The translations under genes were made by a program, and so were the position numbers. The notes under the pieces were generated by a model. That model searched no databases, had not been told where the DNA came from, and saw only the letters and a program-made list of their open reading frames with translations. 44,326 nt of DNA, from positions 1-44,326 of the forward strand of contig NW_021824681.1 of the NCBI RefSeq assembly GCF_006345805.1, written 5' to 3'. This document shows positions 33,161-44,039 of this stretch, one piece after another. Source of the DNA: Octopus sinensis (Eukaryota). Position 1 is the first letter of the stretch; each line of letters begins with the position of its first letter.

Positions 33161-33384
33161 AACAAATGTATATGTGTGTGTGTGAGTGTATGTGGGTGTG
33201 TGCATATGTGTGTGAGATCTTTGTGGTTTGCCTCACTGTTTACAATCTTTAAAAAAAAACAAAAAAAACTCATGTATCTCATACAGATGTAATTTCTGAC
33301 ATTGGAACTGAATTTGTTATTTGTTTATTCCAGAAAAAATTTGCAAAAATGTTACAGGTATTCAAAGTTTGGTCATATTCAGAA

Positions 33385-33692
33385 TTTTCAGCCAATCAGA
33401 AAACAGCGCATTTGCTGCCTCTTCCATCATCAAGGAATGTGTGTGTGTGTGGTGGTAGTGGTGGTGGGGGGGCATTGACATGTCAAAACATTAAACTAGG
33501 ATTTTATAAAATAAATTATCTTTCTCATATCTCCTCCTCCTCCTTCTTGTGCACATGCGCAGCATCTTTGGTTACCGTGGAAACAGTTCTTCACAATAAG
33601 CTATGCAAATTGCGGTGCTTCTTTACTTTGGTTACTATGGAAACAGAAATTTTCGCCACAGCGATATGTAAAATATACACTTCTGATTGGAT
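33385..33692. promoter_or_regulatory. candidate promoter or enhancer: two RFX X-boxes, NRF1-like site, octamer, two CCAAT boxes
   Basis: CCAAT 33392, TGCACATGCGCA 33550-33561, GTTACCGTGGAAAC 33571-33584, ATGCAAAT 33603-33610, GTTACTATGGAAAC 33631-33644, ATTGG 33686. Motif matches only. Confidence 0.5.
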
Positions 33693-33895
33693 AAAAATAC
33701 CCAAATTTTACAAATTTTAAAGGCTAATAACTTTTTAATTATGGATTTATAGGGAAAATGAATTATATTTTCATAATTAGTATACAGAACTTGATCCAAA
33801 TACCAAATTTGAAAACAATTGGAACAAAACTGTAAACAGTGATGAAAACCCATAAAGATCCTCTGTGGGTGTACGCATGCATGCATGCATGCATG

Positions 33896-33929
<34 letters not shown>

Positions 33930-33934
33930 TATAT

Positions 33935-34075
33935 AGGACTTATTCTTTGTAAGCCGAGTACTTATTCTATTGGTATCTTTTGCCGAACAGCTAAGTTACG
34001 CAGACATAAACACAGCAACATCGGTTGTCAAGCGATGGTTGGGGGGGGGAGGGACAAACACACACACACACATAT
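33935..34075 (-). mobile_element. SINE family A, internal fragment
   Basis: GGACTTATTCTTTGTAAGCC..GTTGTCAAGCGATGG. Confidence 0.8.
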
Positions 34076-34325
34076 ATATACTGTTGTTTGCGAAAGTAAT
34101 CAACAACTTCAGCTGAATACCTGTTGTTGATTGGTTAAAATTACCTAAATATGACAACACAAAATAACTTCAAAATTACGAAATTTTGTCAAAAAATGTT
34201 GAAAGTAAACTGTGTCCAGTGTGAGAAAGTACACCAGTATATGAAGTTTCAAGCTGTTCAGTTAAAGAATAAATAATTAAAAATCTGTGATTGGAACGAA
34301 AGAGATCCAGGATATGTACCAGGCT

Positions 34326-34561
34326 TTAACCCTTTAGTGTTCAGATTACTCTGTCAAATATAACGCTTACTTATTTGAATTGTTTTGAATTTATCATGCA
34401 TTATTCAGTTACTTTGAGATTTCGGTTATGTAATTTCTTTTTATTTTTTAAAATGGCATTGTCGGGTATGTATGAGAGGCCAGATCTGGTTCATCTGAAG
34501 ATAAAATATTTATATACAACATTTTGGCTGGATATGGTCAGTTTAAATGTCAAAGGGTTAA
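34326..34561. mobile_element. piggyBac-like MITE, family 1
   Basis: TTAACCCTTTAG ... CAAAGGGTTAA; opposite orientation to 2120-2341. Confidence 0.85.
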
Positions 34562-34813
34562 AAAAAAATTCAGTACTGGTGTTGATTTCAAGGCAGTGCC
34601 CCAGTATGGCCACATTCAATTACTAAAACAAGTATAAGGATAAAAAGATTAAAAGAAAAAAAAAACATTTATGCAAATATATCTCTCTAGGGTGCTACTG
34701 AATATGTTAACGGTGAATTTCTTTACATAGGCTGAGGAGTAAGGAGTGCTCATCCTCTTAGAAAAGATGAGGGATGTTTGTTAACTCACTGGTTGATACT
34801 CTACCAAATATAT

Positions 34814-35043
34814 TTCTTTACTACCCACAAGGGGCTAAACACAGAGAGGACAAACAAGGACAGACAAAGGGATCAAGTCGATTACATCGACCCCCACTAC
34901 GTAACTGGTACTTATTTAATCGACCCCGAAAGGACGAAAGGCAAAGTCGACCTCGGCGGAATTTGAACTCAGAACGTAACGACAGACGAAATACGGCTAC
35001 GCATTTCACCCGGGATGCTAACGTTTCTGCCAGCTCGCCACCT
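34814..35043 (-). mobile_element. SINE family B with perfect 21 bp TSD
   Basis: TTGATACTCTACCAAATATAT at 34793-34813 and 35044-35064. Confidence 0.95.
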
Positions 35044-35802
35044 TTGATACTCTACCAAATATATGCTATCCCTGCTGGCATCACCCTTTACCCACCCTCT
35101 TAGTCATGAGCGTCCACATCCCCCACACAGCTCCATGTCTCTCTCACTCATAACTGCACAGCAGGAGTTCGGTGAAAGAACAAAGAATACATTTTTAGAG
35201 CTTAGAGAGAAAAAAAAAAACCAAAAAAACAATCCACCCACCACTACAAACCAGATGCTTTTTATTTAGTACCACAACCCCTGCATGACCATCACTGAAA
35301 CATCTGAAGAGTGCATCATACATCATGACCTGCTAACAATAAAAAAAAAAAAAAAAAAGGTATCATCTGATCCTTTGCCAAAAAGAGGCCTCTGCCAATT
35401 TCTTCACTTCTGAAGAAATGGCCAAACCAGCAATGTGACACGTCAAGGTTAACTCTTTGTTCCTATATGTGTAAAGAGAATAAATAAGGTGTATTTACAT
35501 TATTTTCTCCAGTGTAGTAAATGTTACAGATTCTAGTCTAGCTGCATCAAATTTTTCCTAGAAAATAGTAGATTATGTATTATATGATGCTGCACACAAA
35601 AATATCTAAGTATTATCTGCATGCTGCAGATTTTGCCTGAAGGTTCTTCTGCATCAGTGTAACGCATTGCATCTCTCTCTCTCTCTCTAGCTTTAAGTTA
35701 CTTAATCTTCAAATGCAAAGTCAATTTCAGAGAATACTTGGCATGAGTTAGGTAACAGAAGGATCTATATATGGTGCAGCAAAAAAGGAACAAAAACTAG
35801 AG

Positions 35803-36256
35803 GCACAGATTGGCTATGTGGTAAGAAGTTTGCTTCTCAACCACAAGTTTCGGGTTCAGTTCCACTGTGTGGCATCTTGGGCAAGTGTCCGCTTGCCAGT
35901 AGCCGTGGGCCAACTAAACTATTATCAGTGGAGATTTGGTAGATGGAAACTGAAAGAAAACCCATCATGTGTGTGCTTATGTATGTGTATGTATGTGTGT
36001 GTGTGTGTTTGTGTCTTCTTACCTTCACATCACGTGATGGTTGTAAATGAGTGTCACTGTCATACAAGCAGTGTCATTCATTTCCAATATTCTGTCAGAA
36101 CATTTTTTGACTATAAGGAAATATTACCTTTCTTGCAAAACAAGCAATGGTTGGCAACAGGGAAAGCACCTAGTCGTAGAAAATTTGCCTCAAGAAACAC
36201 TGTCCAATCTATGCAATCATGTAAAAGTGGGTGTTAAAATGATGATGATGATGATG
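35803..36256 (+). mobile_element. SINE family D (A-type head, unique middle, C-type (ATG)n tail)
   Basis: Head TGGCTATGTGGTAAG..GGGTTCAGTTCCAC; tail GGTTGGCAACAGGGAAAGCACC..GTAGAAAA..GTTAAAATGATGATG. Confidence 0.8.
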
Positions 36257-36483
36257 TCTGCTGATGTCTACTGATCACACTGAAATTGCTAAACCCATTC
36301 AAGTTATGGGTGTTGGCATATGAACACCCAGATATATCTGTGGCACACTGCAGTGGTAAAAGCATAAAAATCTAACAATGTAATAAAAATACCAAGCAAA
36401 AACAGAAGTTACAGAACTATCAGGCTCATGGTAAGAAAGGTCAGATGCGAAAATATATATATAAGGTGAAAGAGTGGCTCTAA

Positions 36484-36860
36484 GGCACAGGAGTGGCTTT
36501 TTGGTAAGTAGCTTGCTTACCAACCACATGGTTCCGGGTTCAGTCCCACTGCGTGGCACCTTGGGCAAGTGTCTTCTGCTATAACCTTGGGCTGACCAAA
36601 GCCTTGTGAGTGGATTTGGTCGACGGAAACTGAAAGAAGCCTGTTGTATATATGTGTGTGTGTGTGTGCGTCCCCCCCCCCCACCAATATCACTTGACAA
36701 CTGATGTTGGTGTGTTTATGTCCCTGTAACTTAGCAGTTTGGCAAAAGATACCAACAGAATAAGTACTAGGCTTATAAAGAATAAATCCTGGGGTCGATG
36801 TGTTCGACTAAAGGTGGTGCTCCAGCATGGCCACAGTCAAATGACTGAAATGAATAAAAG
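36484..36860 (+). mobile_element. SINE family A, full length
   Basis: Head-to-tail homology. Confidence 0.9.
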
Positions 36861-36867
36861 AATATAT

Positions 36868-37278
36868 AATGCATGTGTGGCTATATGGTAAGAAACTTGC
36901 TTCCCAACCACATGGTTCCAAGTTCAGTCCCACTGCATGGCACCTTGAGCAAGTTTCTTCTACTATAGCCTTGGGCTAACCAAAGCCTTGTGACTGGATT
37001 CAGAAGACAGAAACTGAAAGAAACCCATCATATATATATATGCACGCATATTTGTGTCTGTGCTCATCTGCCCCACCCATCACTGCTTGACAACCAGTGT
37101 TGGTGTGTTAACATCCCACTAACTTAGTGGTGCAACAAAAGATCCTGATAGAATAAGTAAAAGGCTTAAAAAAATAAGTCCTTGGGTCGATTAGTTTGAT
37201 TAACCCACCCACCCCCTGAAGGTGGTGCTCCAGCATGGCCACAGTCAAATGACTGAACCGAGTAAAAGAATAAAAGAG
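36868..37278 (+). mobile_element. SINE family A, older tandem neighbour
   Basis: Head-to-tail homology, more diverged. Confidence 0.85.
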
Positions 37279-37884
37279 CATATATGAAATGAAATAAAAA
37301 AAACCCAAAAAACTATGAAAATATAATGAAAGCATAGGAAAAGGGTAACCTTCCCCCCACCCCAGTAGGTACACGAGTGTTATCAGTTGTAAACAGAGCT
37401 GTCACTAGAGTCCTTGGATTTGGTTATGCCAGGAATACAGGAAAATAATATAATTTAATTTCTCCCCAGTGTTTTGCCTTTAACTTGAGTTTGGTCTCTT
37501 GGAGTAAAAAAAAACAGATTGCGATGTGCTTTTTTCCTTTTTTTTTTTCCCATTTGTTTATTTTTGTTTTAAATGCCAAACTATGACATTCAAGAGTGAG
37601 GTTTTAATTAGTACCATTTTATCACATCAACAAGAAAAGAAAAAAAAAAAAAATACATCATTTACATGATATGGGTGTTGTTTGAACCTGGGGGGGGGGG
37701 GGTCAACCCTAATTGAGCAGACCTACGATCAAAGGCATTCCAGCCTTGACCATCCCATCATTTTGGGAGAATCTAGGAAAGACTGCATTATCCTGCGTTG
37801 TTTTTGCCCAACTCTTTAGATGCTAACCTGCTGGAGTCCACCGTGGTTTTATGACACAAACTTTCTCCTTTAACCCTTCTCGTA

Positions 37885-38053
37885 TCTATTTCTATTTCTT
37901 TACTACCCACAAGGGGCTAAACGCAGAGAGGACAGACAAGGACAGACAAACAGATTAAGTCGATTATATCGACCCCAGTGCATAACTGGTACTTACTTAA
38001 TCGACCCTGAAAGGATGAAAGGCAGAGTGAACCTCGACGGAATTTGAACTCAA
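37885..38053 (-). mobile_element. SINE family B, 5'-truncated
   Basis: TATTTCTTTACTACCCACAAGGGGC..GGAATTTGAACTCA. Confidence 0.85.
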
Positions 38054-38830
38054 CTTGCCTGAGACTGCCTCTGGTTCTATGGGACAAAATTCATGTTTGA
38101 AAAAAATAATTTAGATTAAAACTTTTCATCAAAATTTTGTGTTAATTTAGGTTTCAAATACCAGTTTAAGTATGACATTTTTTTTTACTAGATTCATTAT
38201 TTCCAAAATTATTTAAAACAAAGAGCAGCGTATCTCAACAGAAACATAGTGACAACAGGGTTAAATTCTTCCATCAAAATTTTATGTTTATTTATGTTCC
38301 AAATGTTAGTTTAATAATGACAAAGTTATTTCACTAAATTCTTCATTATATTCAAAATTAATTGAAAGAAATGGCATCCGTTGCTAGTGGAGTGCTAAGA
38401 GTACCATACAAGTGAGATCATTGCCAGAGCAACAAGCTGGCCTTCGTGCCGATGGCACGTTAAACACACCATTCAAGCATAATCGTTACCACTTCGCCTT
38501 ACTAGCACTGGCACTGGTGGCACGTGAAACATTCGAGCGAGGTTGTCGCCAGTGCCGCTGGACTGGCTCCTGTGCAGGTGGCACATATAAAGCACCATTT
38601 GGGCGTGGCTGTTGCCAGTACCACCAAACTGGCCCTCGTGCCGGTGGCATGTATAAGCACCCACTTCTCTCTCGGAGTGGTTGGCGTTAGGAAAGGCATC
38701 CAGCTGTAGAAACTCTGCCAGATCAGACTAGAGCCTGGGTTGCCAGACCTCAGTCAAATCGTCCAACCCATGCTAGCATGGAAAGCGGGCGTTAAATGAT
38801 GATGATGATGATGGTAACAAAAAGGGTTAA
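38054..38830. mobile_element. two tandem MITE family 2 pieces; the second is interrupted by family C
   Basis: First ends ACAACAGGGTTAA at 38264; second resumes after the insertion as GTAACAAAAAGGGTTAA at 38830. Confidence 0.7.
38372..38813 (+). mobile_element. family C retroposon with about 5 internal units
   Basis: Units, standard 3' end and (ATG)n tail. Confidence 0.9.
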
Positions 38831-38965
38831 AGCCATTGCACGGGTGGTTTTCTTCAATGTTTTAGTTGACATCATTTTAAAACAGGAAATTTGTGTCATA
38901 GAACAAAAGGCTCTCTCAGATTGATATCAAAAAAGTTAAACAAGAATGAAGTAATATATATATGT

Positions 38966-39158
38966 AGGGAGAGTTTATGAAAGAAAAAACAAAAGACGAA
39001 GACAGGTGGTGTACAAAACAAACAGTTGTATTAGTATAACGCTTAGGAATAGAAAAAGTCTTTTACGTTTCGAGCCTATGCTCTTCTACAGAAAGGGACA
39101 CAGAAAAAACAAGGAGAGAAAAAAATGTTTGTAGTGGCTAACGATCTATCATGGCATC
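38966..39158 (-). mobile_element. Penelope-like pseudo-LTR / 3' end between (TA)n runs
   Basis: Contains a minimal hammerhead-like motif. Its terminus GGGAGAGTTTATGAA also occurs alone next to (TA)n at about 18065. Confidence 0.6.
39060..39095 (-). ncRNA. degenerate minimal hammerhead-like motif
   Basis: CTTT-CTGTAGA-A-GAGC-ATAG-GCTC-GAAAC-GTA-AAAG: stem I CTTT/AAAG, stem II GAGC/GCTC, ACGT palindromic stem III; the core has A6>U. Confidence 0.45.
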
Positions 39159-39163
39159 ATGGT

Positions 39164-39221
<58 letters not shown>

Positions 39222-39226
<5 letters not shown>

Positions 39227-39522
39227 TCCTCAATGCAAGAATATATTGGCATTAAGAGTTGGTGGAGATAGGAGTCCAGAAAGTGCTAAAGGAAGTAGAT
39301 ATATTGAAATAGGAGAAAGTGTTTTCTGTAAGAGAGAGGACTTTGAACCAGAGTAGGTGGAAGCTTTTGCTGATGATATTGTGGGAAGAGAGATAAGTGG
39401 TAGAGAAAGAGAGGGAGAGACTTTACACATGTGCAGATAACACCTTTCAGAAATTGGAGTTCAGAGTGTAACCTTGACAAGGTAGAATGACTATCTCTTA
39501 ATCTTTTATCTTTCACTTGCAT
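39222..39522 (-). mobile_element. probable Penelope-like ORF N-terminal fragment, frameshifted
   Basis: KDKRLRDSHSTLSRLHSEL and ISSAKASTYSGSKSSLLQKTLS resemble the pre-RT region of Penelope-like ORFs as I recall them; same strand as the adjacent pLTR-like piece. Confidence 0.45.
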
Positions 39523-40060
39523 CAGTCATTAGACAGCAGCCATGCTGGGGGAATTGCCTTAAAGAGTTTAGTGGGGAGAAAACAAATACTCCAGTACATA
39601 TTTGTTTATTATGATGTCTGGTATTCATCAATCTATTTTGCTGTACTGCTAAGCTATCGGGATGTAAAGAAACTAGCACCAACTGTCATGTGGTGGGGGA
39701 ACGAACACACACACACACACAGACATACTCATACATACAGACATACTTACAAACACACACACATGCTTGTACACACATTATTTATTGCTAATAGGAAGGG
39801 CATCCAGTTATAAAGACCACACCAAAGTTGACTTGCTGGATCATATCGAACTATGTCCATGCCATCATGGGAAATGATATTAAGTGATCACACAAACACA
39901 CACACACAATGGGCTTCCACACAGTTTTCATCTACCAAATCCACTCACAAAGATTTGGTTGGCCTGAGGCTATAGCAGAAGATACTTGCTCAAGGTACCA
40001 TGCACCGGGATTGAACCAAGGACCATGTCATAGCTAAGTGAGCATTTTTGACCACACATT
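39523..40060 (-). mobile_element. degenerate SINE A with a family C 3' end (plus strand, about 39788-39890) inside its microsatellite
   Basis: Tail at 39523-39700 and head at 39905-40060; AGGAAGGGCATCCAG lies between them. Confidence 0.7.
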
Positions 40061-40149
40061 CATGAAAAAGAAGTGAGTGTCTTGTGTTGAAAATGAATTC
40101 AATGTGAGGTTTGCATGTTTATTTGTAACCAAACACCTTATCCCCACCA

Positions 40150-40502
40150 GTCAAATTACACCACACCATAAAGACCCTCGTTGGTCATGAATGGCCATGA
40201 GATTGCACTAAGAAATTTCCCCTCTGAGGTACCAGTCTGGCCGAGGTTATTTATGGAAGACTAGCAGTCACCCATGCATACCAACCTCCCCTCTCCACGC
40301 ATCAATGTTATCCGAAAGAAAGGCAAAGGCAGATATAGCTTGGCACCAGTGACATCGTAACTCATTTCTACAGATGAGTGAACTGGAGCAACGTGAAATA
40401 AAGTGTCTTGCTCAAGAACACACCACACATTCCAGTCTGTGAATCAAACTCACTGCCTCATGATTGTGAGCCCAATTCTCAAACCACTGAGCTGTGCACT
40501 TT
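40150..40502 (-). mobile_element. tRNA-derived SINE, family E
   Basis: Reverse complement has CAGCTCAGTGG (A-box-like), GAGTTTGATTC (B-box-like) and a CORE-like TTCTTGAGCAAGACACTT segment. Confidence 0.7.
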
Positions 40503-40605
40503 CATTTATTGTCTTAATATTTGAGAAAGAACACTTTGGCTGTAAACACTACAGGGTGGACATGGAAGGAATATCTTTGATTAGGATGAACAACAACATT
40601 TAAAA

Positions 40606-40971
40606 TAAAGATTGTTTGCCAACATAACATGGCAGTCCTGGTTTAGGACGAATGTTGCTGTAATTTAGCCCCAGGAGTCATCGTCTCCAGCTGGCTATAC
40701 GACACAATCTGTGTCCTTATATTTGAACGGGAATTTGGCAGCATGACCTCTAGCTGAACAATTATTCTATGCTGGTGAAGGGAAATAACCCAGAAATCAT
40801 GATACACAGATATTGTTTGAGCTGAGTGGGGATGCTAGATTCCCTTGTTCGAAAATATAAGGACACAGATTGTGTCGTATAGCTAGCTGGAGACGATGTC
40901 TCCTGGGGCTAAATTACAGCAACATTCGTCCTAGACTGGAACTACCACGTTATGTTGGCAAACAATCTTTA
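40606..40971. mobile_element. foldback / MITE with about 125 bp terminal inverted repeats
   Basis: Arms 40606-40731 and 40840-40971 are near-identical reverse complements (AGGACGAATGTTGCTGTAATTTAGCCCCAGGAG..TATACGACACAATCTGTGTCCTTATATTT); TA at both ends. Confidence 0.85.
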
Positions 40972-41250
40972 CTACAAACTACTGTTGCTGAATATCTCAC
41001 ATTGTGAGATTTAAAACTAGTAATTTTCTAACAAAATTTAATTTTATTCCATTTTTGCAGTTACAAACCACAATAACTTTATCATCTCTGGTAACAAATA
41101 TCTCATCTCACAGCTAAATGTCTTCCCTACTATTTAACCTTTAACACCAGAGAGTAACAGTGGAATCTGTTGTCAGTCAGGTAGACAGAAGAAAGCAGAG
41201 TTATGTGCTTTGAGCAGTAAGTGGCTATTAATGATAGTAATAGCCTTGAA

Positions 41251-41497
41251 ACCCTTTAGCATTCAGCTGACTCTCTTTACTCTTTTTTTACTCTTTTATT
41301 TGTTTCAGTCATTTGACTGTGGCCATGCTGGAGCACCGCCTTTAGTCGAGGAAATCGACCCCAGGACTTATTCTTTGTAAGCCTAGTACTTATTCTATCG
41401 GTCCCTTTTGTGGAACCAGTAAGTTACGGGGACGTAAACACACCAGCATCAGTTATCAAGTGATGCTGGAGGGACAAACACAGACACACAAACATAT

Positions 41498-41563
<66 letters not shown>

Positions 41564-41947
41564 TATATGATGGGCTTCTTTCAGTTTCCGCCTACCAAAT
41601 CCACTCACAAGGCTTTGGTTGGCCCGAGGCTATAGTAGAAGACACTTGCCCAAGGTGCCACGCAGTGGGACTGAACCCGGAACCATGTGGTTAGTAAGCA
41701 AATTACTTACCACACAGCCATTCCTACGCCTGACTCTGTAAAATTTTTTAATTTAAAACTTATTAATTTGCACTGTTTTGGATTAACCATGCATTATCTT
41801 TTAACTTTGAAATTTCAATGATACAATTTTATGTTTCCAGAATGACATTGTAGGGTAGGTACAAGAGGCCAGATTTTGACAGTTTGACCATAAGACTGGT
41901 AGATCATTCAAACCAGATATAGCCAGTTTAAATACTAGAGGGATTAA
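41251..41947. mobile_element. MITE family 1 interrupted by SINE A
   Basis: ACCCTTTAGCATTCAG left end and AAATACTAGAGGGATTAA right end; colinear with 34326-34561 once the SINE is removed. Confidence 0.8.
41275..41729 (-). mobile_element. SINE family A, full length, with 8 bp TSD
   Basis: CTGACTCT at 41267-41274 and 41730-41737. Confidence 0.93.
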
Positions 41948-41989
41948 CCCCCGATTATGTGGTCCACAGTCAGACATCTTTACTATTTC

Positions 41990-42393
41990 AGGAGTGGCTG
42001 TGTGGTAAGTAGCTTGCTAACCAACCACTTAGTTCCGGGTTCAGTCCCACTGTGTGGCATCTTGGGCAAGTGTCTTCTGCTATAGCCCCGGGCTGACCAA
42101 TGCCTTGTGAGTGGATTTGGTAGACGGAAACTGAAAGAAGCCTGTCGTATATATGTATATATATATGTGTGTGTGTATATGTTTGTGTGTCTGTGTTTGT
42201 CCCCCTAGCATGGCTTGACAACTGATGCTGGTGTGTTTACGTCCCCGTCACTTAGCGGTTCGGCAAAAGAGACCGATAGAATAAGTACTGGGCTTACGAA
42301 GAATAAGTCCCGGGGTCGATTTGCTCGACTAAAAGGCGGTGCTCCAGCATGGCCGCAGTCAAATGACTGAAACAAGTAAAAAGAGTAAAAAGA
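41990..42393 (+). mobile_element. SINE family A, near full length
   Basis: AGGAGTGGCTGTGTGG head through GTAAAAGAGTAAAAAGA tail. Confidence 0.92.
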
Positions 42394-42434
42394 AATTAAT
42401 ATATTCACACAACAAAAAGAACATAACAATATCT

Positions 42435-42580
42435 TAACTCTTTTGTTAGCATATTTCTGTTGAAATACATTGGTTCTGTTTCAGTTAGTTTTGAAAATAA
42501 CAAAGAATTCAGTAAAATAACTTATTGGCATCATTAGTCTGTGTTTAGAACATAAATTAACATGAAGTTTTGGTAAGATC
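42435..42580. mobile_element. MITE family 2, partial
   Basis: TTAACTCTTTTGTTAGCATATTTCTGTTGAAATAC..GAACATAAATTAACATGAAGTTTT. Confidence 0.7.
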
Positions 42581-42774
42581 CTTGAATGGTTTCAGGCAGC
42601 TTAACTCTACTGTCATTGCATAATACTTATGATAGATATGTCTATTGCTGGAATAAGACCTTAGCTTACAATTCTCAGAAAATCTGGTGCCTAAGTTTTG
42701 TTTAGTTCATGGTTCTTGCTTGCCTCACCTTGCCTTCTCTGGGAAAATTGATGCTGTCACATTAAAAAGACAAA

Positions 42775-43046
42775 AATCAAATGGAAATTGTAGTTAAGAC
42801 ATCTGTGCCGGTGACACGTAAAAGCACCAACCGATCGTGGCCGTTTACCAGCCTGCTCTGGCCCCTGTGCCGGTGGCATGTAAAAAGAACCCACTACACT
42901 CACGGAGTGGTTGGTGTTAGGAAACACTGCCAAACCAGACTGAAGCCTGGTGCAGTCTCCATGGCTTACCAGACCCTGGTCGAACCGTCCAACCCATGCT
43001 AGCATGAAAAAATGGACGTTAAATGATGATGATGATGATGATGATG
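42775..43046 (+). mobile_element. family C, short variant (about 1.5 units)
   Basis: 5' ATGGAAATTGTA leader shared with the 13216 copy; lacks GGGCATCCAGCTGTAGAA; (ATG)n tail. Confidence 0.85.
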
Positions 43047-43269
43047 AAATTGGAACCAAAGAGATGTTTAAGGCTACTGAAACATTTAAAACCAATCAGC
43101 ATAGATTCTACTTCTATCTGGTGACCTGACCAGCTAGAAGCAGTAGTAGAAACTCCCTCAAATCACACCTTACCTAGCTAAAAGAAAGAAACATGACAGC
43201 CCCCTAATGCAAAACATTTAAACAAATGTATGCTCAATGCTTAGTATAATGGCTCTTGTGTATTCTGGT

Positions 43270-43735
43270 TCATTTCATTTCATTTGAGTTTGAGTCCATG
43301 CTCAGGCCAAGTCGAAGACTCCACCCTCAGAGTCTGGTGTGTGGTTGCCAGGTTGTATTCTCTGTTTAATTTTGACATGTGTAGGACGAGTTTGAGTCAG
43401 TTTGTGCTCGTTGTGTATATCCTGGAGAGGGATGGGGTTCATCTCTAATGGTGCTTAAGTATCTATCCAGCTGCAATTTGAAGGATTCCCACTGCATCTG
43501 ATAGATTTCTGACATGTACCAGAATGGAGTTGAATAGTTGTGCTCTCGAACCACACAGATGATTCTCGCAGGGTTTTTGCTGCCTGGCCAGCCTTTTGTT
43601 GATTGGTGGTAGCTGGCAGCGTCTTCCGTGGTGCAGTGAGTGGTAGGTTTTGATACCAAAGTTTGGCACCTTTGCTCATCATTTCCAAATGTATATATTC
43701 GGTATCGCTCAAATCTTCTTTCTATTGAGTACTTT
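43270..43735 (-). mobile_element. CR1-like LINE, old 3' fragment
   Basis: ERYRI..IWK..PNFGI and FKLQLDRYLSTIRDEP..PGY..SNS match the C-terminus of the 12058-12750 ORF. Confidence 0.8.
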
Positions 43736-43860
43736 GTATTCTGAGGTCAACTTCGCTTCTCATCATTTCAAGGCACCAGTCATGTACTGGGGGCCAAAGT
43801 AATTGGCTAACCAGCCTTCTCCTTAAATTTGCTGGCTTTGTGCCAAAATTTGAAACAATT
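43736..43860 (+). mobile_element. SINE family B, degenerate fragment
   Basis: CTGAGGTCAACTTCGCTTCTCATC..TACTGGGG..TGTGCCAAAATTTGAAAC. Confidence 0.6.
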
Positions 43861-44039
43861 ATGGCTGACATAGAGCTAAGCAATAAGAACAACTTTCACA
43901 AAACTTTATAGTAAAAAAAACCCAAAAAAGCAAAAAAAAAAAAAACATGTTTAAGTGAGTTGATTTGCCATGAGGGGTGAAAATATCTGACTTGAATATA
44001 GAGGTTAATTAATACCTTGGGTAGCAGAAAAGTAAATGA

